A stretch of DNA of 56,555 bases from Candidatus Nomurabacteria bacterium (GCA_037139835.1 JBAXFQ010000004.1:1-56555), one strand, 5' to 3'; shown: positions 40,001 to 50,219, counted from the first letter of the stretch. The notes: generated from the letters alone by a model not told the origin. Program-made: numbers and translations.

Positions 40001-40116
40001 AAACGCAAAACCTGTCTCATAAATATTTGAGACAGGTTTTTTAATTTTAAAATATTTGCAATTTTATAAAATTATGTTATAATGATTAAAATATTTTAAA
40101 ATTTAAAAAATTAATT

Positions 40117-40992
40117 ATGAGAGAGTTAAAAATTTTGAGGCAGGTAACTCCTAGGAGTATTGAATCAGTCAATACTTATTTATCAGAAATTTCGAAAACG
40201 CCCCTATTGACTATTGATGACGAGATTGAATTAGCACAGAGAATTAGAAATGGTGATTCTGATGCATTACAGAAATTAGTGAATGCCAATTTACGTTTCG
40301 CATTTTCAGTTGCAAAACAGTATCAAAATCAAGGGTTGGAATTGCCAGATTTGATCAATGAAGCAAATTCTGGCCTAATCGAGGCTGCAGAGAGGTTTGA
40401 CGAAACTAGAGGTTTTAAATTCATATCTTATGCTGTTAATTGGGTTCGTCAATCAATTTTGAAGGCATTAGCTGAACAAACCAGGAATGTCTATGTTCCT
40501 ATGAATCACCAGAGAACATTGAAGGTTATAGATAAAATTCAAGAAAGAAATTTTACTATGAAAGGAGATGTTTTATCAATAGAAGAATTATCTGAAGTTT
40601 CTGGTTTTACTGTTGTTGTAATAATGAAAGCTATTTCTGCTTTTGGTCATAAAGAAACTTCTCTTAATCGAAGCTTCAATGACATAGAAGGAGCAAATTG
40701 CCTTCTCGATGTATTAATTGATTCAGACTCCTTAAGTCCAGAGAAGAATTTGATAGATCAGTCTCTCAGGATTGATATAGAGAAGATGCTCTCAACCTTG
40801 AAAGAAAGGGAAGAGTATGTGCTTCGTAATATTTATGGCATAGGTTGTGTTGCAAAATCTAAAGAAGAAATTGCAAACAAAATAGGGGTAGATATTCCAA
40901 GACTTCATCAGTTACTTTTAGAGATAAAAAGGAAAATTAAAAATTCTCATAGAGGTGATGTTTTAAGAACTTACTTTGATTTGATTAATTGA
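40117..40992 (+). CDS. Sigma-70 family factor (RpoD/SigA-like, no region 1.1)
   Basis: YLSEI, LVNANLRF, DLINEAN.GL..AAERFD.TRGFKFISYAV.WVRQSI. Confidence 0.93.
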   Translation: MRELKILRQVTPRSIESVNTYLSEISKTPLLTIDDEIELAQRIRNGDSDALQKLVNANLRFAFSVAKQYQNQGLELPDLINEANSGLIEAAERFDETRGFKFISYAVNWVRQSILKALAEQTRNVYVPMNHQRTLKVIDKIQERNFTMKGDVLSIEELSEVSGFTVVVIMKAISAFGHKETSLNRSFNDIEGANCLLDVLIDSDSLSPEKNLIDQSLRIDIEKMLSTLKEREEYVLRNIYGIGCVAKSKEEIANKIGVDIPRLHQLLLEIKRKIKNSHRGDVLRTYFDLIN

Positions 40993-41181
40993 TAATTTTG
41001 TAGTTCATTGTTAAAAATTTACCCCATCGTTTATTAATTTAAATGGTGGGGTTTATTATTTTATAATATAAAATATAGTCTAGTATATTTAATCTTATTG
41101 AGTTATAATGTAACTATCTTATTAATAATTTAAAAGCAGAAGTTGTTGTGTATATTACATAATAATAGTTCTGTACAATAT

Positions 41182-41322
41182 ATGGCAAAAAGAGAAACAG
41201 GGCTTCATGTACATGTAAAATCTACAAGATCCCATAAAACAAAGAAACGCTTAGCTGCTAAGAAAGTAATGCTCGCAAATAAAACTGATAAGAAAAAGTC
41301 AGTAGCTAAGAAAGCTAAATAA
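41182..41322 (+). CDS. 46-aa highly basic small protein
   Basis: Hand translation MAKRETGLHVHVKSTRSHKTKKRLAAKKVMLANKTDKKKSVAKKAK, followed by a terminator-like hairpin (41329-41364). Confidence 0.75.
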   Translation: MAKRETGLHVHVKSTRSHKTKKRLAAKKVMLANKTDKKKSVAKKAK

Positions 41323-41510
41323 ATTTTTAAAATACACTATATCTTACGGGTTTAGTGTATTTTAATTTATTCCATAACTGTGATTATATATCTTTCCCAT
41401 TGATTAAAAATTCAATTAAGAGTACTGTTAGTATACAAAAACTATTATCTGAATAAGTCGATTTAGTAATTTATATTTTGTACATTATTAATTTACTTTA
41501 AATTCACAAG

Positions 41511-41723
41511 ATGAAAGGAACAATAAAAAAGATAGTACTAGATAAACCATTTGGTTTTATCACAGTAGAAGGTCAGAAAGCTGACATATTTTTTCATAAA
41601 GATAAGGTAGTAGGAGTCTCTTTTGAGGATCTACGCGAAGGTGATACTGTCACATTCACTACAGAAGAAAATGAAAGAAATGGTGAGAGAAGAACAAGTG
41701 CTGTAAATGTAGAGCGTGTATAG
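41511..41723 (+). CDS. Cold-shock domain protein
   Basis: MKGTIK, FGFI, DIFFH, L.EGD.V.F, A.NV. Confidence 0.95.
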   Translation: MKGTIKKIVLDKPFGFITVEGQKADIFFHKDKVVGVSFEDLREGDTVTFTTEENERNGERRTSAVNVERV

Positions 41724-41754
41724 TATCTATTTTTATATATAAGTTTTATAATAT

Positions 41755-41910
41755 AGATAAGACTATTTTCAAGTCATTCTCGCATGATGGAAGACTTTAT
41801 TTTTGAGGCTTGTGTAAGTTTACTTGTGTTTGTTTCAAAATATAGCGCTACCCCATGAAAGTTTTCAGGTAATAGTCTTCTGTCAAAAGCCTCCTTCGGG
41901 AGGCTTTTGC
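41755..41910 (+). ncRNA. Candidate 6S-like rod-shaped RNA with terminator
   Basis: Closing stem AAGACTATT/AATAGTCTT, a central bubble, an apical stem TTTTGAGGC/GTTTCAAAA, TATAAT just upstream and a TTCG-loop terminator at 41884-41910. Confidence 0.4.
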
Positions 41911-41956
41911 TGTTTTATTACTTATACATATAGGTTATTTATGTTATTATTGATGT

Positions 41957-42334
41957 ATGTCAAGAACAATTAAACGCATAGTAAAAATTTATAATCATTT
42001 TGAAATAAAATTAAGGCATAAACTTAGCCACTGGCCTATACTTTATGCATTCATAGGAAGTATTGGAGTTGTGCTTATATGGAGAGGTGTCTGGATGATA
42101 GCAGATGATTTTAATATGTCAGGAGGGGCATCTTTGATTCTTGGAGTTATTATTTCTATTGTTGTTGGTTTATTTGTGTCATTTTTCGTTGGAGACAAGA
42201 TTATAATTGCTGGCATAAAGAATGAAAAAAGAATTGATGAAAAAACCGAAAGTGAAATTAAAAAAGAAGAAATAACTTTGGGAGAGATTAAGAAAGATTT
42301 AAGAGAAATAAAAAAAGACATTAACGAAGATTAA
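41957..42334 (+). CDS. Hypothetical membrane protein
   Basis: Two TM helices (VVLIWRGVW) and a charged coiled tail. Confidence 0.85.
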   Translation: MSRTIKRIVKIYNHFEIKLRHKLSHWPILYAFIGSIGVVLIWRGVWMIADDFNMSGGASLILGVIISIVVGLFVSFFVGDKIIIAGIKNEKRIDEKTESEIKKEEITLGEIKKDLREIKKDINED

Positions 42335-42356
42335 TTTATAATTTATACTCATAACA

Positions 42357-43850
42357 ATGACATACTTACCTATAATACTATCAATCATACCATTTCTATT
42401 TTTTGTCTTTTTTCTAATAATAAATAAAACATCACTACTTAAAGCTTCTGTTATCACTCTTGTTTTATATACCTTATTGGCTTTATTTTACTGGAAAATA
42501 CTACCTAATTTCTTATATATTTCTTACGCTAAAGGTTTTTTTGTGGCTTTTGATATATTAATAATTATTTTTGGAGCTATTTTCTTTTTAGAAATATTAA
42601 AAGACTTGAAGATTATTAATAATATTTCTTATTATTTAGAGCATGTGTCTCACGATTATAGAATACAGATAATAATAATAGCTTGGCTTTTTGAGGCCTT
42701 CCTCGAAGGTACAGCAGGTTTTGGTACTCCTGCTGCAATTGCTGTACCGCTCCTGATAGGATTAGGATTATCTCCCATAAGAGCTTTAATAGTCGGACTA
42801 CTGGGGAATAGTACTGCGGGAGTGTTTGGAGCAGCTGGAACGCCTATAAACGTTGGTTTTGCTGGTTTAAACGTAACTCATGTGCCATTTTTATCATCTA
42901 TGATAAATTGTGTGGGAATTATAGTTCCCATCTTTATGCTTTGGGCAATAACACTTGGAAGAGAAAATAGAAAGAGAGAATTCTTCGGAGCCTTACCTTT
43001 TGCTATTTGGTCTGGTTTTGTTTTTATTATTCCATCAATTTTGTTTGCAAAATTTTGGCCAGAATTTCCATCAATCTTTGGGGCTACAGTGGCAATAATA
43101 TTAGTATTAATTACAACTAAGCTAGGAATTTTTGTTCCAAAAGAAAATCTGAGCCTTAAAGACGAAAAGGATCTGGTTTCTACTATGTCTCCGCTCAAAT
43201 CTTTTTTGCCATATATTATCTTAGTCTTATTATTAATAGCAGGAAAAGTTTTCTTAGGTAAGATTGGAATTACTTTTTATGTAGGATTTAAACAGGTATT
43301 TAATTTGTTTAATCCAGGGTTTGCTTTTATTATAGCGGGATTGATTGTTGCTTATATATGGAAAAGTAAAAAAGAAATTTTAATTGATTCCGTTAAGGAG
43401 GGTTTTAAAGAAGCGATACCTCCATTTTTTGTAATTGTTTCTATGCTTGCAATGGTCCAAATCATGATAAATTCAGGACAAAATACATCTGGACTTTATT
43501 CTGCTATTGCTATTATCGCGCACTTTTTTGAAACATCACTATTACCATTCTTCGCACCATTTATAGGAGCTTTTGGTGGATTTATAACTGGTAGTGTGAC
43601 AGTATCGAATATCTTATTTGGGCATTTATTTTACACAGCAGCTATTCCTTTAGGATTTAATTCACAAGGCATACTTTCTCTAGGTGTTGTAGGTGCTGCC
43701 GCAGGCAATATGATCGCACTTGCTGACATACTTACGGCAGAAGCAGTTATAAGAGTAAAAAATAAAGAGATAGATATATTAAAAGGAGTATTCATCCCTT
43801 GTATTGTTTATTTGATTCTAGTTGGTTTAATTGGAATGATTTTTTTCTAA
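42357..43850 (+). CDS. lctP: L-lactate permease family transporter
   Basis: FLEGTAGFGTPAAI, FGAAGTP, ITGSVTVSNILF, GAAAGNMI. Confidence 0.9.
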   Translation: MTYLPIILSIIPFLFFVFFLIINKTSLLKASVITLVLYTLLALFYWKILPNFLYISYAKGFFVAFDILIIIFGAIFFLEILKDLKIINNISYYLEHVSHDYRIQIIIIAWLFEAFLEGTAGFGTPAAIAVPLLIGLGLSPIRALIVGLLGNSTAGVFGAAGTPINVGFAGLNVTHVPFLSSMINCVGIIVPIFMLWAITLGRENRKREFFGALPFAIWSGFVFIIPSILFAKFWPEFPSIFGATVAIILVLITTKLGIFVPKENLSLKDEKDLVSTMSPLKSFLPYIILVLLLIAGKVFLGKIGITFYVGFKQVFNLFNPGFAFIIAGLIVAYIWKSKKEILIDSVKEGFKEAIPPFFVIVSMLAMVQIMINSGQNTSGLYSAIAIIAHFFETSLLPFFAPFIGAFGGFITGSVTVSNILFGHLFYTAAIPLGFNSQGILSLGVVGAAAGNMIALADILTAEAVIRVKNKEIDILKGVFIPCIVYLILVGLIGMIFF

Positions 43851-43852
43851 AT

Positions 43853-44074
43853 ATGTATATAAAAGTTAAAGTTGTCGTTGGTTCAAAAAAAGAAAAGATT
43901 ATAAAAAAGTCTCTAGATCGATTTGAAATATGGGTGAAAGAGCCAGCAGAAAGAAATCTTGCAAATACACGGGTGCTAGAGATAGTAGCTGGTATTTTTG
44001 GGATAAATATCAAATCAATACGTATTATAAGCGGGCATCAAAGTCCAAGTAAAATACTATCTATAAATAAGTAA
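43853..44074 (+). CDS. DUF167 (YggU-like) protein
   Basis: VKEPAERNLAN, IISGHQSPSK. Start moved to the ATG at 43853. Confidence 0.85.
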   Translation: MYIKVKVVVGSKKEKIIKKSLDRFEIWVKEPAERNLANTRVLEIVAGIFGINIKSIRIISGHQSPSKILSINK

Positions 44075-44171
44075 TAGATTTTTTTGATAATATATATATA
44101 TATATGGTATTTGTTGTAAAAGTAAACGAGAGTATAATGTAAGTATTATTAGTAATTTAATATATAAATAT

Positions 44172-44555
44172 ATGGCCACAAATATAAAAGCAACGAATAT
44201 GGATTTAACTCCTTCAATCGGAGATTATGTAAATAAAAAAATAGAATCAATAAATAAGTTTGTAGAATTCGGTCAAGAAATAAATATTTATGTAGAAGTT
44301 GGTAAGACTACAAACCATCACAAGCAGGGTAATTACTATAAAGCAGAATTTGATGTGACTATTGATGGGGAAAAGTTTTTTACTGTATCAGAAATGAGTG
44401 ATTTATATAAAGCTATAGATGATGCTAAAGATCAGGTTGTTAAAACAATTAAAAACTATAAAAAAAGAAAAAATACTCTCTTTAAAAGAGGTGCTATAAG
44501 TGTAAAAAAAATGATAAAAGGTATCTCAAAAAGAAATCCTATTACATCAAAATAG
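44172..44555 (+). CDS. raiA: Ribosome hibernation factor RaiA/HPF
   Basis: NIKATNMDLTPSIGDYV, DLYKAID. Confidence 0.9.
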   Translation: MATNIKATNMDLTPSIGDYVNKKIESINKFVEFGQEINIYVEVGKTTNHHKQGNYYKAEFDVTIDGEKFFTVSEMSDLYKAIDDAKDQVVKTIKNYKKRKNTLFKRGAISVKKMIKGISKRNPITSK

Positions 44556-45410
44556 TTAATTCCATCTTAAGAATTCTTCATAACTAATCTCTTTCTTTCC
44601 TTCAGGAACAACTCGTTTTATTATAAATGAGTTGTTTTCGTATGTAGCATCAGTTATTTTTATTCTTATTTTCCTTGCTTTTTTTTCAATAAAGAAGAAT
44701 ATTCCTGGCCACCCGTAAAATGCTCTATATTTGTTCCATATTTCTTTTTGATCCCCATTTATGTCTATTTGTCCGTCCTCTTTTTTTATTTTTTTACAAA
44801 ATGTTGCTTTTGTTTCATCTTGAATTTTTGGTTTTATACTTTTACTTTCAATCTTTGGAATTAAATCACAAAGACAATTCGCTCCTAAATTTATTAATTT
44901 GTTTCGTATTTCATTTTTAGTGTCTCCTATATTTATATCTATTTCTTCCTCTGCTAAAATAGGTCCACTGTCTAGCTTGTATTCCATTTGTTGAATACTT
45001 ATACCTGTTACTTCTTCTCCGTTTAGTAAACTAGCTTCAAGTGGTGAAGCACCTCTCCATTTTGGAAGAAGAGAGTAATGAATATTTATAGTGCCTAAAC
45101 TCGGCATTTTTATAATTTTTTCCGGTAATATTTTTCCGTAGGCTACTACTATAGATAAATCTGCTCCTATTTTAGAAATTTCTTCAATAAAATCTTCTGT
45201 AATTTTTTCTGGTTTATAACATTTAATATTATTATCTTTTGCCCATATGGCAACTTCTGTTTCTTTCATAATCAATCCACGCCCAGATTGTTTGTCTGGA
45301 GATGTTATTATTGACACAGGAAAATACCCATTTTCTTTAAGAATATCTAGAGTTTTAATAGCTACTTTTGGAGTACCGAAAAAAATAAATTTTAAATTAT
45401 GATTAGTCAT
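44556..45410 (-). CDS. fmt: Methionyl-tRNA formyltransferase
   Basis: FFGTP, PDKQSGRG, VVAYGKI, NIHYSLLPKWRGASP, LDSGPI. Confidence 0.97.
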   Translation of the reverse strand: MTNHNLKFIFFGTPKVAIKTLDILKENGYFPVSIITSPDKQSGRGLIMKETEVAIWAKDNNIKCYKPEKITEDFIEEISKIGADLSIVVAYGKILPEKIIKMPSLGTINIHYSLLPKWRGASPLEASLLNGEEVTGISIQQMEYKLDSGPILAEEEIDINIGDTKNEIRNKLINLGANCLCDLIPKIESKSIKPKIQDETKATFCKKIKKEDGQIDINGDQKEIWNKYRAFYGWPGIFFFIEKKARKIRIKITDATYENNSFIIKRVVPEGKKEISYEEFLRWN

Positions 45411-45413
45411 ATA

Positions 45414-45977
45414 CTATTTGATACTATCTTCTTCATAATCTTCATCAATTAAAGATTCATGCATATCTCTTGCTTTATCTATAAAAAGTATTCCGTCTAG
45501 ATGATCATTTTCATGCTGGAATATATGAGCAAGTAGTCCACTTCCACTTTTGATTATCTTTTCTCCTTTTTCATTGTAGGCTTCAACTGTCGCTCTAGTG
45601 GCGCGTCTAACTTTGCCATAAATAGGACGAACAGAAAGGCATCCTTCCGATAAGAGTTTTTTGTCTGAGGAAATTTTTTTTAGTATAGGATTGATAAATA
45701 CCAAGTCTGGCTGACGTGCTTTCACATATAGATCTCCTTCAGTTGAACCTTTGCCTCTTATAAAATCTTCATCAAAAATTCTACCAGAAACAACGAATAT
45801 ACGTAGAGAAATTCCTATCTGTGGGGCAGCTATAGCAACTCCATCATTTTGTGAATCAAGAGCTTCTATCATATCACCAATGACTTTCTTTATTTTAGGT
45901 TTTGTAATTAAATCAACAGGAACTTCCTTTGCGACTTTACGCAAAACTGGATCTTCACTTTGAACAATTTTAATCAT
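45414..45977 (-). CDS. def: Peptide deformylase
   Basis: GVAIAAPQIG, EGCLS, QHENDHLDG. Confidence 0.97.
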   Translation of the reverse strand: MIKIVQSEDPVLRKVAKEVPVDLITKPKIKKVIGDMIEALDSQNDGVAIAAPQIGISLRIFVVSGRIFDEDFIRGKGSTEGDLYVKARQPDLVFINPILKKISSDKKLLSEGCLSVRPIYGKVRRATRATVEAYNEKGEKIIKSGSGLLAHIFQHENDHLDGILFIDKARDMHESLIDEDYEEDSIK

Positions 45978-45980
45978 ATG

Positions 45981-47279
45981 TTATTTAAGATTTTTTATAT
46001 AATCAAGTAAATTTGGAAGCTTTACTGTGTCTTGAGATCTATTGTTCATGTCTCTAAATATAACAGAGTTTTCCATAGCTTCTTTTTGGCCAAATATTAT
46101 TGAGTATCTCATACCAAGCTTTTCTGCTACTGCTAACTGTGCCCCTAAATTATCTTTAGAAATAGATTGGGCTATTGGTATTTTACCTTTTCTTAATATT
46201 TCTATTACATTTAATGATTTTAATTTAGCATCAAATCCAAGTTGGATGAAATATATCTTTGGTTTCTTGATAATACGAGGGGAGAGCTTTGAGAACCAAG
46301 GAGCTTCTACTACTCTATCTACTCCTATAGCAATACCAACGGCTGGAATATCCTTCTTAGAACCTAATTGTTTACCCAAGTAGTCGTATCTACCACCTCC
46401 TGCTATTGTAATTCTTTTGCCAGTTTCTTCGTCTTCTATCATTATTTCAATAACAGTTCTTGTATAATAAGAAAGACCTCTAACTAAACATTTGTTTATA
46501 TTATAAGGAATCTCCATTTTTTCAAGGTATTCTAAAACTTCTTTAAAATGTTTTTTACAATCAGGGCAAAGACTAGAAAGAGTATCTGGAGCATTTTGAT
46601 TTAACTCGATTGTTTTTTCTTCTTTTGAATCAAGAATTCGAAGGGGATTTGTCTTCAATCTCTCTCTATCAATTGCTGGAAGAGAATTTATATTTTTCTT
46701 GTAATAAGAAACGAGTTCTCGAATATAAGAAGCTCGGCATTCTTTATCTCCTATTGAATTTATGTCAACAGAAAGATTTTTCGCTCCAGCTTCTTCGAGG
46801 ATAGTCCAAGTAGTTTTAATGACAAGAGCATCAAGTATACTTTTTTCACTACCTAAAACATCCATATCAAACTGATAGAACTGACGATATCGTCCTTTTT
46901 GAGGATTATCATGTCTGAAAGTAGGTCCATAGCTATAAAACAATAACGGCTGGGGTAGAGACTGCATACCATGCTCTATATAGCTTCTCATAAGCCCTGC
47001 AGTGTGTTCAGGACGCAAAGCGAGATGATCTCCTCCCTTTGTCTTAAGAGTATACATTTCCTTGTCTATGATGTCTGTACCTTCACCTATAGAAGAGGTG
47101 AAAACTCCTTCTTGTTCTACGATAGGAGTCTCTATTGGTTTAAATCCATAATAAACTGCTATCTCTTGTGCTTTTTCAAAAAAACCTTGAAAGTGGTAAT
47201 ATTGTTCGTCTAGAATATCTCTCATACCTTTGATTGACTGGAATGGATCTTTATTTGTTTTTTTATTTTGAGGGTTCAT
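45981..47279 (-). CDS. hisS: Histidine--tRNA ligase
   Basis: KGMRD, LRPEHTA, PQKGRYRQF, LVRGLSYYT, GGGRYD. Confidence 0.97.
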   Translation of the reverse strand: MNPQNKKTNKDPFQSIKGMRDILDEQYYHFQGFFEKAQEIAVYYGFKPIETPIVEQEGVFTSSIGEGTDIIDKEMYTLKTKGGDHLALRPEHTAGLMRSYIEHGMQSLPQPLLFYSYGPTFRHDNPQKGRYRQFYQFDMDVLGSEKSILDALVIKTTWTILEEAGAKNLSVDINSIGDKECRASYIRELVSYYKKNINSLPAIDRERLKTNPLRILDSKEEKTIELNQNAPDTLSSLCPDCKKHFKEVLEYLEKMEIPYNINKCLVRGLSYYTRTVIEIMIEDEETGKRITIAGGGRYDYLGKQLGSKKDIPAVGIAIGVDRVVEAPWFSKLSPRIIKKPKIYFIQLGFDAKLKSLNVIEILRKGKIPIAQSISKDNLGAQLAVAEKLGMRYSIIFGQKEAMENSVIFRDMNNRSQDTVKLPNLLDYIKNLK

Positions 47280-47284
47280 TTTGA

Positions 47285-47896
47285 TTATTGGTTATGTGCT
47301 CCTGGTAAATAAGAAATAGAATTAATGGGAAGAAGTCTTAAATATGCTCTACCTACCATTAGCTTGTTGGTTAATTTTAAAGCAGTAGGCTCTGCCCATG
47401 TTCTTGAGTCAGAACTTCTATTTCTATTATCTCCCATAACAAAATATTCTCCGTCTCCAGTTTTGTATGTTCCTGTCTGTATAAATGGTTTTTCGTTTAC
47501 ATAGGGTTCATTTAGTTTAAAACCTTCTGGATGATCTTTATTTATAATAGTTACATCTTTGTCTGTTACAACTATAGTTTCATTTGGTAGCCCTATAAGT
47601 CTTTTTATAAAAAATCTTTTAGTATCTCCTGGATATTTAAAAATAACGACATCTCCTCTGTGTTCTTTTCCTAGTAGATAAGAAATTTCATCTACGATTA
47701 AATATTGACCATTATCGAAAGTAGGGAACATCGACTCTCCTGAAACTACGAATGGCTGGGCGACCCACATTCTAATAGGTATAACTATCACAAGAGCGAT
47801 AAGGGCGAATTTGATAAGGTCCCATCCACTTTCTACAAATTCTTTAAGTTTAGATTTTGTAGGAGTTGGTAATTTTTCATTTATATTATTTTCCAT
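47285..47896 (-). CDS. lepB: Signal peptidase I
   Basis: SGESMFPT, IKRLIGLP, GDNRNRSSDSR. Confidence 0.97.
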   Translation of the reverse strand: MENNINEKLPTPTKSKLKEFVESGWDLIKFALIALVIVIPIRMWVAQPFVVSGESMFPTFDNGQYLIVDEISYLLGKEHRGDVVIFKYPGDTKRFFIKRLIGLPNETIVVTDKDVTIINKDHPEGFKLNEPYVNEKPFIQTGTYKTGDGEYFVMGDNRNRSSDSRTWAEPTALKLTNKLMVGRAYLRLLPINSISYLPGAHNQ

Positions 47897-48142
47897 ATAT
47901 TTCGTATTTTAGCATAGAAATAATATTGACAGAATATGTTTTTGTGTGGTGTGATGGTTTTTTTATAATATTACTTCAACAAAATAGATTCATTTTAAAA
48001 TGAACACAATAATTTTCTGCTGAAAATTTTGCTCATACTCGGCTTTTGTCTCACGACATGATTTACTAATCGAGCCTCCGTAAGTCATTTTTCAAGAACT
48101 ATTTTTTTCGTAATCTTAACTATTATATGTTACAATAAAAAT

Positions 48143-48730
48143 ATGATGTTAATAGTAGGTCTAGGAAATCCAGGAAAAGAATATGAAGGCACACGCCATA
48201 ATGCAGGGCGAATTATTTTAGAAAAAATTGCAAAAGTAAATGATTTTTCTGTATGGAAGGATGATATGAAGTTAAAATCATTTAGATCTAAGGGTGAGCT
48301 TAGTGGGGGAAAAGTAGAATTTTTGTTGCCAAATACTTTTATGAATAATTCAGGTGTATCAGTGTGTCAGATTATCGATAATCCTAAAAAATTGAAAAAT
48401 TTGGTGGTAGTTTATGATGATATGGATTTACCTGTAGGAAGTTTGAAAATTTCATTTAATCGAAGCTCTGGAGGGCACAACGGACTTGAATCTGTGATAA
48501 AGAAGGTTAAATCAAGAGAATTCGTACGTATTCGTATCGGTGTCTGTCCGGTAACTCCGACTGGTAAATTTAAAAAACCAAAAGGGGAAGACGCCGTATT
48601 GAAATTCTTATTAGGTGCATTCAAAGAAGACGAGTTAAAAATAATTAAAAATCAAGCTAAAAAAGTCGCGGAAATTATAACAATGCTTTCAGCGGAAGGA
48701 AAAGATAAAGCGATGACACTTTTTAATTAA
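48143..48730 (+). CDS. pth: Peptidyl-tRNA hydrolase
   Basis: VGLGNPG, TRHNAG, TFMNNSG, GGHNGL. Confidence 0.97.
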   Translation: MMLIVGLGNPGKEYEGTRHNAGRIILEKIAKVNDFSVWKDDMKLKSFRSKGELSGGKVEFLLPNTFMNNSGVSVCQIIDNPKKLKNLVVVYDDMDLPVGSLKISFNRSSGGHNGLESVIKKVKSREFVRIRIGVCPVTPTGKFKKPKGEDAVLKFLLGAFKEDELKIIKNQAKKVAEIITMLSAEGKDKAMTLFN

Positions 48731-48737
48731 AAGTTAT

Positions 48738-49040
48738 ATGAAAAATATAGATGTTAATATTAGGTTTGTTATATTTGGTAGCCTGTATGTTTTAAATATC
48801 ATTTTTAATGATATTCTTTTATTGGCTTTTTCAATTTTTATAAGTCTTATTTTGGGTGTTTGGGCTGTAGGTGGTTTATTAAAATCATTTCCAGATTTTA
48901 CTGTTAAAAATCAGATAGAAAATAACCAAAATATTATTTTTGTTTATTTTAGAAAAATTTTAAATATTTTTATTAAATTTTTATTAGCCATGCTTTCTTT
49001 TTCCTTGCCTTTTATAATATATTCATACTTAAAACCTTAA
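48738..49040 (+). CDS. Hypothetical membrane protein
   Basis: Hydrophobic 100-aa ORF directly after pth. Confidence 0.6.
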   Translation: MKNIDVNIRFVIFGSLYVLNIIFNDILLLAFSIFISLILGVWAVGGLLKSFPDFTVKNQIENNQNIIFVYFRKILNIFIKFLLAMLSFSLPFIIYSYLKP

Positions 49041-49051
49041 AAATATGATAA

Positions 49052-49093
49052 ATAAAACACCTGAGCTATACTCAGGTGTTTTATTGTTTTTTT
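49052..49093. terminator. Bidirectional terminator
   Basis: AATAAAACACCTGAG / CTCAGGTGTTTTATT. Confidence 0.8.
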
Positions 49094-50219
49094 ATTCCGC
49101 TTTCTTCTCGCTATCTAAATGAACTAAAGTCATTCTCTGATCTTTTGGTTCGAATAGCGTTACTTGGAAGTTATAAGTTTTACCTAATTCAAGAGTTTTC
49201 TTTAGCTTCTCTTCAGATCCGAAGCTTGAATTGTGAACCAATCCAGCGACTCCTTGCTTGATAGAAACTAGAGCTCCGTGCTTGTTGAACTTGATAACTA
49301 CTCCAGAAACGATATCTCCTTTCTTAAGTGTTCCTTCGAATTCTTTCCAAGGATTTTCTTTCAAAGCTTTGATAGATAGAGATATTTTACCATCCTTGAT
49401 ATCTATGATTTTAGCTCTGATTTTCTCTCCAACCTTGAACATTGAACGTGGATCTTCTACTAGACCCCAATCAATCTCAGATATATGAACAAGACCTTCA
49501 AGACCTTCTTCAACTTTTAGGAATATACCAAAGTCTACGATACCAGCAACGACACATTCCATCTCATTACCAACTTCGTATTTACCGATTATTTCTTGGC
49601 GTTCTTCTGGATTATTGTCTTTTTCAGAGAATATAAGCTTTCCTTCTTTTGGAAGAGCAGAGATCATAACTACATTGATACGCTTACCAACGAGCATTTT
49701 CAAAGCTTTCAATATTTTATCCTTATCTGAATCTTCTACGCGAGGGTAGTGTTCACTCTTAAGTTGTGAAGCAGGAAGGAATCCAGCGATGCCTTGCCAT
49801 TCAAGTATAAGTCCACCTTTGTTGGCTTCTTTAACTGTAAGCTCAAGGGCTGTTTTAGATTTGATAGCTTTATCAGCTTCACTCCATATAAGAGCTTGCT
49901 TAGCTTCTTTAAGTGAAAGTTCTATATAACCTTCATCGTTGTCAGTTCCTACTACTTTTGCTTTTACAACGTCACCGATATTTACCTTTTTGATAATATC
50001 TTTAGCATTGATGAATTCACGTCCGTATATGATACCTGTTCCGAATGGAGCGAGGTCTATATAGACTGAAGACTTCTGGATAGAGATAACTGGACCTTCT
50101 ACGAGAGAGTCTACTTGCGGTGGAAGCTCTGCTTTATCAAGCATTTTTCCGATACTTGAAAGTTCAATTTTTGCATGTTCTGCGATGCTTGTAACTACAT
50201 CTATTTCATCATTTTTCAT
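49092..50219 (-). CDS. rpsA: Ribosomal protein bS1 (four S1 domains)
   Basis: Repeated S1 motifs (NKGGL..GFLPASQL; FGIF..GLEGLVHISEI; ISLSIK). Start set at the ATG at 50219. Confidence 0.9.
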   Translation of the reverse strand: MKNDEIDVVTSIAEHAKIELSSIGKMLDKAELPPQVDSLVEGPVISIQKSSVYIDLAPFGTGIIYGREFINAKDIIKKVNIGDVVKAKVVGTDNDEGYIELSLKEAKQALIWSEADKAIKSKTALELTVKEANKGGLILEWQGIAGFLPASQLKSEHYPRVEDSDKDKILKALKMLVGKRINVVMISALPKEGKLIFSEKDNNPEERQEIIGKYEVGNEMECVVAGIVDFGIFLKVEEGLEGLVHISEIDWGLVEDPRSMFKVGEKIRAKIIDIKDGKISLSIKALKENPWKEFEGTLKKGDIVSGVVIKFNKHGALVSIKQGVAGLVHNSSFGSEEKLKKTLELGKTYNFQVTLFEPKDQRMTLVHLDSEKKAE

